NCBI GenBank assembly: GCA_050010515.1
Contig: JBEKKX010000013.1
Coordinates: forward strand, 1-64,000
DNA: 64,000 nucleotides
Direction of reading: 5' to 3'
From: Candidatus Bathyarchaeia archaeon
GTDB lineage: Archaea; Thermoproteota; Bathyarchaeia; Bathyarchaeales; Bathycorpusculaceae
A model generated the notes under the pieces. The model had not been told where the DNA came from and ran no database searches. It saw only the letters and a program-made list of their open reading frames with translations. Numbering within the stretch: position 1 is the stretch's first letter; each line of letters starts with the position of its first letter. A program made the position numbers and the translations under genes. Shown here one piece after another: positions 28,428 to 38,682 of the stretch.

Positions 28428-28732
28428 CGCTTTTAATCCTTTTTTCCCATACCCAAAAATTTATTCTTGTTTGAACAAAGCTGCAAAAAGTTTTGGAGTG
28501 TCAGGTTAGAAATGCGTTTTTGCTTGCCTTTATAAGCGTGAGGCTTCTTAATGTAGCTGAAGAGCTTCTTTTGTTCTCTGGGCTTAACCCTGTTGAGTCA
28601 CTGATTCTTTTCGAATACAACTACAAGAAGGAAAAAAACACATGTACATTAAGAGCGGAGCATCGGCTCAGAAAGAAAATAAGCGGGAAAGTTCTCGCAA
28701 AGAACAAGTAGCGAAAACGGGGGATTCAATTT

Positions 28733-28939
28733 ATGGTTAATGTCGGTGACCAAATAAAGTGTCCTGAATGTGAAACCATAGGTTCTGTTGTTTGGGTCTC
28801 GCAAGACAAGAAGACAATGGGTGTGCAGTGCCGCATGAGCCACGGGGAAGCGAGTAGACCAGAATCCAAATTTGGCGCGACAATTGTTCCCTCAACCAAG
28901 ACTAGGAAAAACATGGTTTTCATAACGGCAGTAGGCTGA
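28733..28939 (+). CDS. Small zinc-ribbon protein
   Basis: CPEC...C..SH. Confidence 0.7.
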   Translation: MVNVGDQIKCPECETIGSVVWVSQDKKTMGVQCRMSHGEASRPESKFGATIVPSTKTRKNMVFITAVG

Positions 28940-29117
28940 TAATGACTCGACATAGATGGCTAGATGGACAACTTTTTCAGCTCCCTTTTTTTGGTTTTAG
29001 AGTCTGCCTTAGCGGCGTGGTGTGATTGGTAGTGGCGAAGAGCACGCTTCTTGGTTCCTGAATGCGTATTTTTGTGTTCCGAAACCTAAAATAAGCTGGT
29101 AACAAAATTATAGCCAT

Positions 29118-30386
29118 TTGAGGTTTAAAAGCGTGTCATCCATTATCGAGGACCTCATTGCAAGAAAAATTTTCAACAATCGCGGAGAAGAAACAATAGA
29201 AGTTGACGTAATCACCACTGGTGGTTTCGGAAGAGCGTCTGCTCCTGCAGGAAAAAGCCGCGGAAAAGCTGAAGTGGTTTATTACCCGCAAGGCGGAGTG
29301 GAGCAAGCCGTAAAAAAAGTTGAGGATTTAATCGCTCCTGAACTTGCAGGATTAAACTCTGATTTTCAAGAAGAAATTGACAATACGCTGCACGAGCTGG
29401 ACGGTAGCACAGACTTCAAAAACATCGGCGGAAACACCGCATGCGCCATCTCTTTAGCCAATGCTGAAGCAGCGGCAAACTCTCATGGTTTACTCTTATT
29501 CCAGTTTATGGGCGGAAACGCTGCAACTACGCTGCCTTATCCTCTTGGCAACTGCATAAGCGGCGGTGAACATGCAAGGGGCAAAGCACCTGACATTCAA
29601 GAGTATTTGGCGTTGCCGCATGGCGCTGAAACTTTTCTTGAAGCCCAAACAGCCAACACTCAGATTCACCGCAAAATCGGCGAAGCTTTAAAAAAGAAAA
29701 ATAGCCAGTTTAACGGTGGAAAAAGCGACGAAGGCGCATGGATAGCCAACATTGACACTGTTGACGCGTTCGACGTCATTGCTAAAGCATGTGAAGAGGT
29801 TGGTAACGAGTTGGATTTTGAATGCGGCTTTGGAATTGATGTTGCTGCTTCCTCGCTTTGGAAGCCTAAGGAAGAAAAATACGTTTACGAGACTGAAGGT
29901 AAAAAGCGTGACACAGCTGAACAGCTTGAGTTCATGCTTGAATTAATCGAGAAATATCATCTTGCTTACGTGGAAGACCCATTCCATGAGGAAGACTTTG
30001 AAAGCTTCGCCGCGTTAACTCGCAAAGCTAAAAACTGCTTGATTTGCGGGGATGATTTGTTCACAACAAATACTGAAAGGTTAAATAATGGAATAAAGAT
30101 TAACGCTGGAAACGCCATCATAATAAAAGTCAACCAGATAGGTACCCTGTCCGATGCAGCTCAAACGATTGAAACTGCACAGCGATATGGCTACGACCCA
30201 GTTGTGTCGCATCGTTCAGGAGACACATGCGATTGGCACATAGCTCATTTGGCTGTGGCTTACAAGTGCCCCCTAATCAAGACAGGTGTAGTTGAGGGCG
30301 CACGCATAGCCAAACTTAACGAGCTAATAAGGATTGAGCATTTCCTTGGTAACAGAGCCAAAATGGCTGATTTAAAAATACGCTAA
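29118..30386 (+). CDS. eno: Enolase
   Basis: GGEHA, DEG, GIDVAAS, EDPF, GDDLFTTN, IKVNQIG, SHRSG. Confidence 0.95.
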   Translation: MRFKSVSSIIEDLIARKIFNNRGEETIEVDVITTGGFGRASAPAGKSRGKAEVVYYPQGGVEQAVKKVEDLIAPELAGLNSDFQEEIDNTLHELDGSTDFKNIGGNTACAISLANAEAAANSHGLLLFQFMGGNAATTLPYPLGNCISGGEHARGKAPDIQEYLALPHGAETFLEAQTANTQIHRKIGEALKKKNSQFNGGKSDEGAWIANIDTVDAFDVIAKACEEVGNELDFECGFGIDVAASSLWKPKEEKYVYETEGKKRDTAEQLEFMLELIEKYHLAYVEDPFHEEDFESFAALTRKAKNCLICGDDLFTTNTERLNNGIKINAGNAIIIKVNQIGTLSDAAQTIETAQRYGYDPVVSHRSGDTCDWHIAHLAVAYKCPLIKTGVVEGARIAKLNELIRIEHFLGNRAKMADLKIR

Positions 30387-30401
30387 ACAGAAGATGAAAA
30401 A

Positions 30402-31106
30402 ATGTCAGAAGACGAGATAAAAGAGAATCAACCAGAAGAGGAACAACCAGCAGTAGCAGATGAGAAGTCTAAGGAAGTCCCGCCTGCAGAGGAGCTCCTC
30501 TTACCAAGAGACACCCTGCTTTCCGCAGGTATTCACATTGGAACAAGAACGAAAACCCTTGACATGGAACCCTTCATCTACCGGGTTAGACCAGACGGAT
30601 TATTCGTACTTGACGTTAAAAAAACAGACGACCGAATAAGAGTCACCGCAAAATTCCTCTCACGCTACGAGCACGCAAAAGTAGCAGTGGCGGCAACAAG
30701 GCTGTATGCTCAAGAACCAGTCAAAAAATTCTGCGAGCTAACAGGTTCAACACCGCTAATTGGCCGCTTCATCCCTGGGCAACTGTCCAATCCGCAGTAT
30801 CCAGGCAGAATTGACCCTGAAATTATACTTGTTTCAGACCCAAGAGCAGACGCACAGGCAGTAAAAGAAGCCTCAAAAGTTGGCATTCCAATCGTTGCGT
30901 TATGCAGCACAGACAACGAGTTCGCAGGCGTAGATTTAGTTATTCCCACAAACAACAAGGGCAGAAGAGCATTAGCCGTCATATTCTGGCTTCTAACAAG
31001 GCAGGTCCTTCGTGAAAGAGGCGAATTAGCCGCAGACAAAGACCCACCAGCAACCATAGAGGATTTCGAAGCGAAGGTTACACGGGAAGAAGAGGAGGAA
31101 CCCTAA
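30402..31106 (+). CDS. rps2: 30S ribosomal protein S2
   Basis: AGIHIGT, GRFIPG, DP..D.QAV.EA, IPTNNKG. Confidence 0.97.
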   Translation: MSEDEIKENQPEEEQPAVADEKSKEVPPAEELLLPRDTLLSAGIHIGTRTKTLDMEPFIYRVRPDGLFVLDVKKTDDRIRVTAKFLSRYEHAKVAVAATRLYAQEPVKKFCELTGSTPLIGRFIPGQLSNPQYPGRIDPEIILVSDPRADAQAVKEASKVGIPIVALCSTDNEFAGVDLVIPTNNKGRRALAVIFWLLTRQVLRERGELAADKDPPATIEDFEAKVTREEEEEP

Positions 31107-31110
31107 ACCG

Positions 31111-31965
31111 TTGCCGACGATTCGGCGTCCAACCGTTGCAGGTCAATTTTATAAAGGCGACGCTGAAGCGCTTAGAGCACAAATTAAAAACTGTTTCCTC
31201 CATGAGCTCGGTCCAAAAAAACTTCCCAATGTAAATTTGCATATTCACCCCCGAAACATAGTTGGCATGATTTGTCCCCACGCAGGCTACATGTATTCTG
31301 GTCCTGTGGCAGCATCAGCTTTTTACGAGTTAGCCTTGGATGGCAAACCTGACACAGTAGTGCTTATGGGTCCAAACCATACTGGTTACGGTAGCGCTTT
31401 GAGCCTAATGCGTGAAGGCGTTTGGCGTACACCGCTTGGCGACATAGAAATCGACACGGAAATGGCAAACAAGATGACCCACGAAACCAGCGTCATCGAC
31501 GTAGACGAACTCGCACACCGTTACGAACATTCTATCGAGGTTCAGTTGCCCTTTTTGCAGTTCCTCTACGGCAATGCATTCAAGATTGTGCCAATCTGTT
31601 TCTTGATGCAAGATTATGATTCTGCGGTTGAGGTCGGAAGGGCGCTTGTGGAAGTTTTAGATGCCACAAACACCGTAGTTATCGCTTCTTCTGACATGAC
31701 GCATTATGAACCAGCAAAAACAGCAGCCGCAAAAGACCAAGCTGCACTTAAAGCAGTCACAGACATGGACGCAAAACGCTTCTATGAAACCGTCGAAACA
31801 CAAAACATCACAGCATGCGGTTACGCCCCAATAACAGCCCTAATCACTTACGCGAAAGGGGTCAACGCGAAAGAAGCTAAACTCTTAAGCTACCACAACA
31901 GCGGCGACATAACAGGCGACTCTTCAAGCGTAGTAGGATATGCAGCGGTAATCTTCAGAAAGTAG
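31111..31965 (+). CDS. MEMO1 family protein (AmmeMemoRadiSam B)
   Basis: R.P.VAG.FY, PHAGY.YSG, GPNHTG, EHSIEVQLPF, SSDMTHY. Confidence 0.95.
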   Translation: MPTIRRPTVAGQFYKGDAEALRAQIKNCFLHELGPKKLPNVNLHIHPRNIVGMICPHAGYMYSGPVAASAFYELALDGKPDTVVLMGPNHTGYGSALSLMREGVWRTPLGDIEIDTEMANKMTHETSVIDVDELAHRYEHSIEVQLPFLQFLYGNAFKIVPICFLMQDYDSAVEVGRALVEVLDATNTVVIASSDMTHYEPAKTAAAKDQAALKAVTDMDAKRFYETVETQNITACGYAPITALITYAKGVNAKEAKLLSYHNSGDITGDSSSVVGYAAVIFRK

Positions 31966-32008
31966 GCGCTCAAAAAAATTTAGGCTGCCTAAATCAAAAG
32001 TTAATTGT

Positions 32009-32662
32009 TTATATTGAGTCCCATCGTGTGAGAGCTTCTTGCCGTTTCTTTTCTTCTTTAAGTTGCTGTATTTCATTGTATAACGTGATTGCTTGTGTGA
32101 ATTGTGCATCGTATTCTCTGATGATGTCTTGCATTTCTTCGCTCCAACTGAGAAGATGGGGATAACAGGGAACTGTTTGCTGACTGCCTATTGGTTGTTC
32201 AAACCAGAATTCTTTGTACGCGCCTGTGTTGCTGCTGGTGGTAACATTAAATCCAAATTTTTCCAACACTATGCCCAAGTGTCCCAGTATATGTCTTACT
32301 GCATGGTCAAGGGCTTCTGAGTACTTGTCAGCTACTTGCTTGTATTTATCAATAGGATCATGCAAATTCGGTTTTTGGTGCCACCACAATGCAGGATTAT
32401 CAAACTCGTCTCGGACTATTTTTTCAGTGTTTTTAACCAATTCGTTGACTTTAGCTTTCATATTAGCTATTTTTTCTTCACTCATCTTTAAAGTGATTTC
32501 AGGATACTTCGTGACGTATTCTTTGGCTGTTTTTCTGTACCATTTAAACGCAAAGTCTACTGTTTCTTTAGTAAATTCTATTTTAAGTTCTTCCATGCGT
32601 GAGCGAAGAGGCAAAAGCTCAGCTTCTTTCCTCTCAATCAAAATGTCTGTTGCTTCACTCAT
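32009..32662 (-). CDS. Hypothetical coiled-coil protein lying antisense within the operon
   Basis: 217-aa ORF with RBS-like GGAGG; no recognised domain. Confidence 0.75.
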   Translation of the reverse strand: MSEATDILIERKEAELLPLRSRMEELKIEFTKETVDFAFKWYRKTAKEYVTKYPEITLKMSEEKIANMKAKVNELVKNTEKIVRDEFDNPALWWHQKPNLHDPIDKYKQVADKYSEALDHAVRHILGHLGIVLEKFGFNVTTSSNTGAYKEFWFEQPIGSQQTVPCYPHLLSWSEEMQDIIREYDAQFTQAITLYNEIQQLKEEKKRQEALTRWDSI

Positions 32663-33163
32663 ACCTTGGAAACCTCCACCATCCCATTTACGAATATGTT
32701 TGCCTGCATGTTTCTATACTGCTTAACGTCATAAAAGACTTTTCAAGTATCAATTCAATCTTGCCTTTAAACTAGTGCTCTCGATTACATGCATACCCTG
32801 AGTCGGTTACTGGATGAATGGAGCCACAAAATGCATCAAGCGGAAAGTTCCTATATAACTAAGCGATTTTTGCTTCATTTTGTTACCAACATCATCTTAT
32901 ATTTTATTAGCATGTAATCTGATTTAAGCGAGAAAGGAATGCCAAGAGTTGCCAGCAAAAGTTGGGCGGTCTGGCTGCTAACATAAGATTAGGTGTCTTG
33001 CCCACCATCTTTCTATGCCTTATCCGTATTAGCGCAAGGCTTGACCTGCCTAACATTACTTTTGCCCATTAACCAAAACCTCAAGGCTTGTATTGTCTAT
33101 CCCAAGCGAAAAGAATGTTTTTATTTGGTTGGTGTAATAGCTACCTTTCAAGGTGCTACAGTA

Positions 33164-34105
33164 ATGGGTAAAGGGTCAGGTTACGGAAAAGTAATTTTGT
33201 TCGGCGAACACTTCATTGTCCATGGCGTCCCGGGCATTGTTTCCGCGATTGATTTCACAGCTGATGCGGAAGTAAAAAAAGCGTCAAAAGGAATCAACGT
33301 TAAAGATGAGAGAAAAACCGCTAAAGGTTACAGCGAAGAAAAAAGGCTCCAGCAAATCGAATCAATCGAGAGAATGATAAAAGCCATGGGCATCGACTCC
33401 AAAATTGGACTGGACATTTGGATAGGCGGAACTCTACCGGGGTTTAGTGGGTTGGGCGCTTCTGCAGCAAGCAGCGTTGCCATCGCAAGAGCCATCGCGC
33501 AAGAGCTTGACATGCAAATTTCCGATGAAAAAATTAATCAAATCGCCTATGAGGCGGAGAAAGCGTATGCTGGCAACCCCTCAGGCATCGACAACACCGC
33601 TGCAACTTACGGCGGCTTAATGTGGTTTAAAAAAGACATGGCTGGAGGACCAGACAAGATCGAAAAGTTGCATATGCGCAGACCAATCGAAATGGTCATC
33701 GGCAGCACGGGCAAAGTCGCAAACACCAAAGCGATGGTGGAAGGCGTCGCCGAACGCAAAAAGAAAAACCCAGCAAAATATGACCCAATCTTTAAGCAAG
33801 CTGAAAACGTAGTCTTCGCAGGGCGGAAGGCTCTGGAAAATTATGACCTTAAAAAAGTCGGCGAACTCATGAATGAAAACCACCGTCTGCTCCAAGAAAT
33901 CGTTGTGTCCAGCAAAGAACTCGACATGTTGGTCGATTTAGCCCGCAAGCAAGGGGCTTTTGGCGCAAAACTCACGGGCGGAGGCGGCGGAGGATGCATG
34001 GTAGCGCTGACACCTGGGAAGGATTTGCAGGGAAAAGTTCTAAGCGCCATTAAAAGCTTAGGTTTTGAAGTGCTCAGTACAAAGATAGGCGTTGAAAAAT
34101 ACTAG
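33164..34105 (+). CDS. mvk: Mevalonate kinase
   Basis: GKVILFGEH, PGFSGLGASAA, PSGID, GAKLTGGGGGG (GHMP motifs). Confidence 0.95.
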   Translation: MGKGSGYGKVILFGEHFIVHGVPGIVSAIDFTADAEVKKASKGINVKDERKTAKGYSEEKRLQQIESIERMIKAMGIDSKIGLDIWIGGTLPGFSGLGASAASSVAIARAIAQELDMQISDEKINQIAYEAEKAYAGNPSGIDNTAATYGGLMWFKKDMAGGPDKIEKLHMRRPIEMVIGSTGKVANTKAMVEGVAERKKKNPAKYDPIFKQAENVVFAGRKALENYDLKKVGELMNENHRLLQEIVVSSKELDMLVDLARKQGAFGAKLTGGGGGGCMVALTPGKDLQGKVLSAIKSLGFEVLSTKIGVEKY

Positions 34106-34116
34106 GTTGATGCAAG

Positions 34117-35427
34117 TTGGGTTTTAGAAACTTTATAGAAGGGTTGGATAAAAGCGGCGAATTAACAAGAATAAGCAAAGAAGTGTCAACCGAATATGAG
34201 TTGGCTGGCATAATAAGCGCTCTTGGCGAGAAGCCGGTTTATTTTGAGAAAGTTAAAGAGTCAAGTTATCCCGTTGTGGCAGGACTCGTATCTTCCAAAG
34301 AATTGATTGCGCGGTCGTTAGGCATACAAAAAGAACAGTTACTTCCCAAATTATCTAACGCAATAGAACATCCGGTGCCGCCGCAAGTTGTCAAAAAAGG
34401 TGAATGCCAAGAAGTAGTAGAAGGCAACGTTGACTTAACCAAACTCCCAATAATGCGGTACACTGAAAAGGATGGCGGAAAATACATTGCGTCCGCCGTT
34501 TCCATAATAAAAGACCCTGAATTCGGTACTCGGAACATGTGCTTCCATAGACTAATGCTGTTGGACAAGAACAGGTTTGTAGCCAGAATCGTTGAGAACA
34601 GGGGAACAGACACAGCCTTAAAGAAGGCTGGCGGAGAACTAGACGTTGCCATTTGCATAGGGAACTCAACTACTGCCCTTCTATCCGCAGCCACATCCAT
34701 GCCGATGGGTGTTGACGAGTTGGGCATGGCTAATGCACTTGAGGAAACAGCATTAGTGAAGTGTAAGACCATTGATCTTGAAGTGCCCAAAGCCTGCGAA
34801 ATAGTGTTAGAAGGAAGAATAACAAAGGGAAAAACGGCTGAAGGACCATTTCTGGACACAACAGGAACCATCGACCGGGTAAGACAGCAACCAATAATTG
34901 AAATTAAATGCGTCACTCACCGAGAAAAGCCAATTTATCAAACCTTACTTCCAGGAAGAAGGGAACATCAATTCTTAATGGGTATGCCCAAAGAACCTAC
35001 AATCTTCAACGAAGTGAACAAAGTCTGCGAATGCAAAGACGTTTACATAACGCCAGGCGGATGCAGTTGGCTCCATGCAATTGTGCAAATAAAGAAGAAA
35101 AACCAAGATGACGGAAAAAAAGCCATCAGCGCCGCGTTTGAAGGGCACAAATCGCTGAAGCACTGCATCATAGTGGACGACGACATAAACATCTATAATC
35201 CTCACGATGTCGAATGGGCTATCGCAACGAGATTCCAAGCGGACAAAAATGTAGTGATTTTGCCGAACCAGCCTGGGTCGTCTTTGGATCCGTCGGGAGA
35301 TTTGACTGAAGGCAAAAAGGCAACCACTTGCAAGATGGGGTTAGACGCTACAATCCCCTTTGGAAAAACGGATAAAAGCTTCACGAAAGAACAATACCAA
35401 AAAGTTGACCTTAGCAAGTTCATGTGA
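34117..35427 (+). CDS. UbiD-family decarboxylase, likely anhydromevalonate phosphate decarboxylase
   Basis: EIVLEG, EGPF.D, VEWAIATR, SLDPS; lies between mvk and acnX. Confidence 0.9.
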   Translation: MGFRNFIEGLDKSGELTRISKEVSTEYELAGIISALGEKPVYFEKVKESSYPVVAGLVSSKELIARSLGIQKEQLLPKLSNAIEHPVPPQVVKKGECQEVVEGNVDLTKLPIMRYTEKDGGKYIASAVSIIKDPEFGTRNMCFHRLMLLDKNRFVARIVENRGTDTALKKAGGELDVAICIGNSTTALLSAATSMPMGVDELGMANALEETALVKCKTIDLEVPKACEIVLEGRITKGKTAEGPFLDTTGTIDRVRQQPIIEIKCVTHREKPIYQTLLPGRREHQFLMGMPKEPTIFNEVNKVCECKDVYITPGGCSWLHAIVQIKKKNQDDGKKAISAAFEGHKSLKHCIIVDDDINIYNPHDVEWAIATRFQADKNVVILPNQPGSSLDPSGDLTEGKKATTCKMGLDATIPFGKTDKSFTKEQYQKVDLSKFM

Positions 35428-36632
35428 TTAGCATGTATCTGACAGAAAAAGAACAACGAATGCTGGATGGCGCTGAAGGCTACGCTGTACAAAAAAGCAT
35501 GGAAATACTCGTTGCCCTCGGCGACATTTACGGCGCAAAAAGCCTGATCAAAGTTGGTAGCGTCCAAGTGGCAGGCGTATCCTACAGCAACCTTGGTGAC
35601 GCCGGATTAGAATTTTTAAATGAGCTGGCAAAAGACGGCAAAGTCAAAGTCCTCACCACTCTGAACCCGGCAGGAATGGACCTGGAAAACTGGCGCAACC
35701 TTGGCATAAGCCCAGAGTTCGCTGAGAAACAAAACCTCGTAATAGACGCCTTCAAAAAAATGGGCATACTTGTCAGTTGCACATGCACACCCTACTTGAT
35801 TGGTAATTTGCCGCTTTACGGCGAGCACGTCGCATGGTCAGAAAGCTCAGCCGTTACCTTCGCGAACTCTGTGATTGGAGCAAAAACAAACAAAGAAGGC
35901 GGGCCATCCGCGCTGGCGGCAGCGTTTGTTGGCAAGACGCCATGTTATGGGTTGCATTTGGATGAAAACAGGGTACCCGACGTTCACGTGCAAGTGAAGG
36001 CGGAATTATCGAAGCTCTCGGATTGGGGGGCTCTGGGCTACGCGATTGGCAAAAAAGCCGAAAACAAAACCCCTTACATAACAGGCGTTAAAACGGCTGA
36101 TTTAGATGAACTCAAATCATTCTGCGCTTCCGTGGTAACTTATGGTGCAAAACCGCTTTTCTACATTAAAGGCATAACGCCCGCATCAGAGCAGCAAACT
36201 CAACCAAAAGAAACCGTTAGCATTGAGCAAGCCGACATCAAAAACGCTTACGACAACATCAACGACGAAGTAAGCGAAATTGAACTGGTATGTGTAGGTT
36301 GTCCGCATTGTTCAATTAACGAAATCGCCAAAGTCGCCGAGCTGCTTGCGGGCAAAAAGGTGGCTGAGGGCACGGAGTTTTGGGTTGCCACTTCAAGAAC
36401 AGCCAAACAACTAGCCGACAAACGCGGATATACCGAAGTCATCGAGGCGGCTGGCGCCAAGTTTGCATGCGACACATGCATGGCAGTTGCGCCGTTGAAG
36501 GGCAGGTTTAGGTCGTTGGCGACAACCTCGGCGAAAGGCTGCTTCTATTCAAGGCAGAACGGCATGAAAACGAAAATGGGCGGCGTGGAGGAATGTGTTG
36601 AGGCGGCGGTGACTGGAAAATGGAACAGTTAA
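35424..36632 (+). CDS. Aconitase X large subunit (phosphomevalonate dehydratase)
   Basis: CTCTPY, AWSESSA..ANS..GA.TN, GCPH, DTC. Confidence 0.92.
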   Translation: MISMYLTEKEQRMLDGAEGYAVQKSMEILVALGDIYGAKSLIKVGSVQVAGVSYSNLGDAGLEFLNELAKDGKVKVLTTLNPAGMDLENWRNLGISPEFAEKQNLVIDAFKKMGILVSCTCTPYLIGNLPLYGEHVAWSESSAVTFANSVIGAKTNKEGGPSALAAAFVGKTPCYGLHLDENRVPDVHVQVKAELSKLSDWGALGYAIGKKAENKTPYITGVKTADLDELKSFCASVVTYGAKPLFYIKGITPASEQQTQPKETVSIEQADIKNAYDNINDEVSEIELVCVGCPHCSINEIAKVAELLAGKKVAEGTEFWVATSRTAKQLADKRGYTEVIEAAGAKFACDTCMAVAPLKGRFRSLATTSAKGCFYSRQNGMKTKMGGVEECVEAAVTGKWNS

Positions 36633-37006
36633 AGGGCAGGTTAATCTCGAAAGGCAAAGGCGAAGGAGAAGCGCTCGTAACTTCCCAGCCCATTTCTTTC
36701 TATGGTGGGGTAGATCCGAACACTGGTGTTGTCATCGAGAAAGGGCATGAGTTGCAAGGGCAAAGCGTGAAGGGCAAAATTCTTGTGTTCCCAACTGGCA
36801 AAGGCTCAACAGTTGGCTCTTATACGCTGTATCGTATGAAGAAGAACGGCACTGCTCCAGCAGGCATGATTAACAAGGAATGCGAAACCGTAGTTGCTGT
36901 CGGCGCCATAATCAGCGAAATCCCCTGCGTTGACAAAATTGACATCTCTAAAATAAAGGCTGGAGATAAAGTTCGAGTAGAAAATGGCGTTATCTCCATT
37001 TTTTGA
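36620..37006 (+). CDS. Aconitase X small subunit (DUF126)
   Basis: ISFYGGVDP.TG, GKGSTVGS. Confidence 0.93.
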   Translation: MEQLKGRLISKGKGEGEALVTSQPISFYGGVDPNTGVVIEKGHELQGQSVKGKILVFPTGKGSTVGSYTLYRMKKNGTAPAGMINKECETVVAVGAIISEIPCVDKIDISKIKAGDKVRVENGVISIF

Positions 37007-37217
37007 ATTTTTGTAACAAGTTGTTGGTTCACACTAAGGTATTGGCTCATAGTTATGTAGACGTTATCTTGTCTTCTGTCAAGGTGAGTGCATAAGTAAA
37101 GTTCCAATGAAAACAACAAAACTGCAACAAATAATAAAAACTAAGGTCTAATCTTTAATTAGAATAAACAAATTCTAAATACTTTGTAACACCATTAGAA
37201 AGCAAGGCCTCAGAGTC

Positions 37218-37871
37218 ATGCAACCACTAGACAAAAGCAAAAACGATAAAGTCCATCGATATTGCTGTTCCAATCCCAATTGCAAGAAGGTCTTCTCCAA
37301 ACCTAAAATAATCAAATATTATGTTTGCCCTACCTGTCAAACAATAGTCGACTTGACTTCCGAGAATTCTCAGTTAATTACTCGAGAAAAACCTGTACTG
37401 GAAAAAAAGCAGGTAACACTGAGAAAGCAAAAAGAAAGCAAGCAAGACAAAAACCAAGAGCCGAAAGCAATAACGAGCCAACAGGCAACAACCGATAATG
37501 AATTAACATCAAAGGAAAAACCTGAAGTAAAAGAGATTTTGGAAACAGTAGAGCCGGCTCAAATGGAAGAGCCCAATATAGTAGAAATCACTGTAAACAA
37601 AAAGTCTGGCGTAATGGGCTCCGATTATGACCTGCCTTTCAGCCTGAGTACTAGCGATGAGCACCGAGAAACAGTTAAAGAACAAACGTGTCAGTCCTCG
37701 GACGTTCAATGTCCATACTATTTTGGGTACCTCAGTCAAAGAAACAAAGAAGAAGTAATACCTGAAACATGCTTCGGATGCCAAAAATCTATAGAATGCA
37801 TGATGTCCGAATCCAATAAAACCAAAGGAACCGTGGAAGAAATTAAGAAGTGGTATTCTTTCAAATTATAG
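37218..37871 (+). CDS. Double zinc-finger protein with charged linker
   Basis: CSNPNC..CPTC and CPYYFGYL..PETCFGC.KSIEC; same architecture as 5670..6005. Confidence 0.8.
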   Translation: MQPLDKSKNDKVHRYCCSNPNCKKVFSKPKIIKYYVCPTCQTIVDLTSENSQLITREKPVLEKKQVTLRKQKESKQDKNQEPKAITSQQATTDNELTSKEKPEVKEILETVEPAQMEEPNIVEITVNKKSGVMGSDYDLPFSLSTSDEHRETVKEQTCQSSDVQCPYYFGYLSQRNKEEVIPETCFGCQKSIECMMSESNKTKGTVEEIKKWYSFKL

Positions 37872-38147
37872 CTTAACAATTACGACCAAAAATTTTCATA
37901 ATTATTCACTCTTCTGTTTGTTAATTTGCATTGATTTTCTTGTTCTCGCCGATTTGATTATGCTTTTTCTGGGTTCCTTAGAATATCGGACCAAAGTCAG
38001 TGAAAAAAAATTTTGCGCATACCGCACTTTCTTTGAAAGAATCAGCTTTTTTAGTTTTACTGATGTTTAATCTGTATTAGCAATTCGTAAGAGTTAAGTT
38101 AATCCAATGAGTATCACAACTAAAGAAAAAACTGGAGGTAAAAAAAT

Positions 38148-38459
38148 ATGCCCGAGTATTTAGTCCTGCTGAAGCTGAACCCAACTAAATTAGTGGAAAC
38201 CTTAGGTGCAATAAGAAATATGGATGCTCAACCTGTTTCAGGAGTGGACCTTCTGTACAGCATGAACATTTTTGGTGCGTGGGACGTAGGGATGTGGATA
38301 AACGCTGAAGAAAGCGGTCAAGCCCTCGAGTTTGTCCAGAAAAAAATGAAGGGACTTAACGGTGTAACCGAAATATATACTTTGCCAACATTCCCACATG
38401 GAAACGGAGTTAAAAATGGAAAAAGCTCTGAAGAGCAAAAGCACCCTTTGGAAACCTAA
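38148..38459 (+). CDS. Stand-alone Lrp/AsnC ligand-binding (RAM)-like domain
   Basis: IFGAWDV...GVTEIYTL ferredoxin-like pattern; GGAGGT RBS. Confidence 0.7.
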   Translation: MPEYLVLLKLNPTKLVETLGAIRNMDAQPVSGVDLLYSMNIFGAWDVGMWINAEESGQALEFVQKKMKGLNGVTEIYTLPTFPHGNGVKNGKSSEEQKHPLET

Positions 38460-38682
38460 AGAAGACAAAAATTAGAAAGTAAAAAATGGGTTCTATAGCT
38501 CTCACCAAACTCAAAATTTCCCAGCTTTTTTGGTTTTCATTATCACAGATAAAACTTTGCTAAATTATAACTTCTAAACCTCCATTCAGTGACTAAGCAG
38601 TAACATGAAGTTTAAGAAGCAATTTGGAGTTCCGATTCATAAAAGCTAAATTTAAATTGGCTAAAAATAAGACGAAGAACAA

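Noticed and set aside
32993-33163. 57-aa N-terminal extension of mevalonate kinase
   Set aside because: Family similarity starts at ATG 33164; the extension is an ORF-calling artefact.
34266-34916. Long antisense ORFs (e.g. 34266..34916, 24115..24582, 32214..32726)
   Set aside because: Shadows of well-supported genes on the opposite strand.
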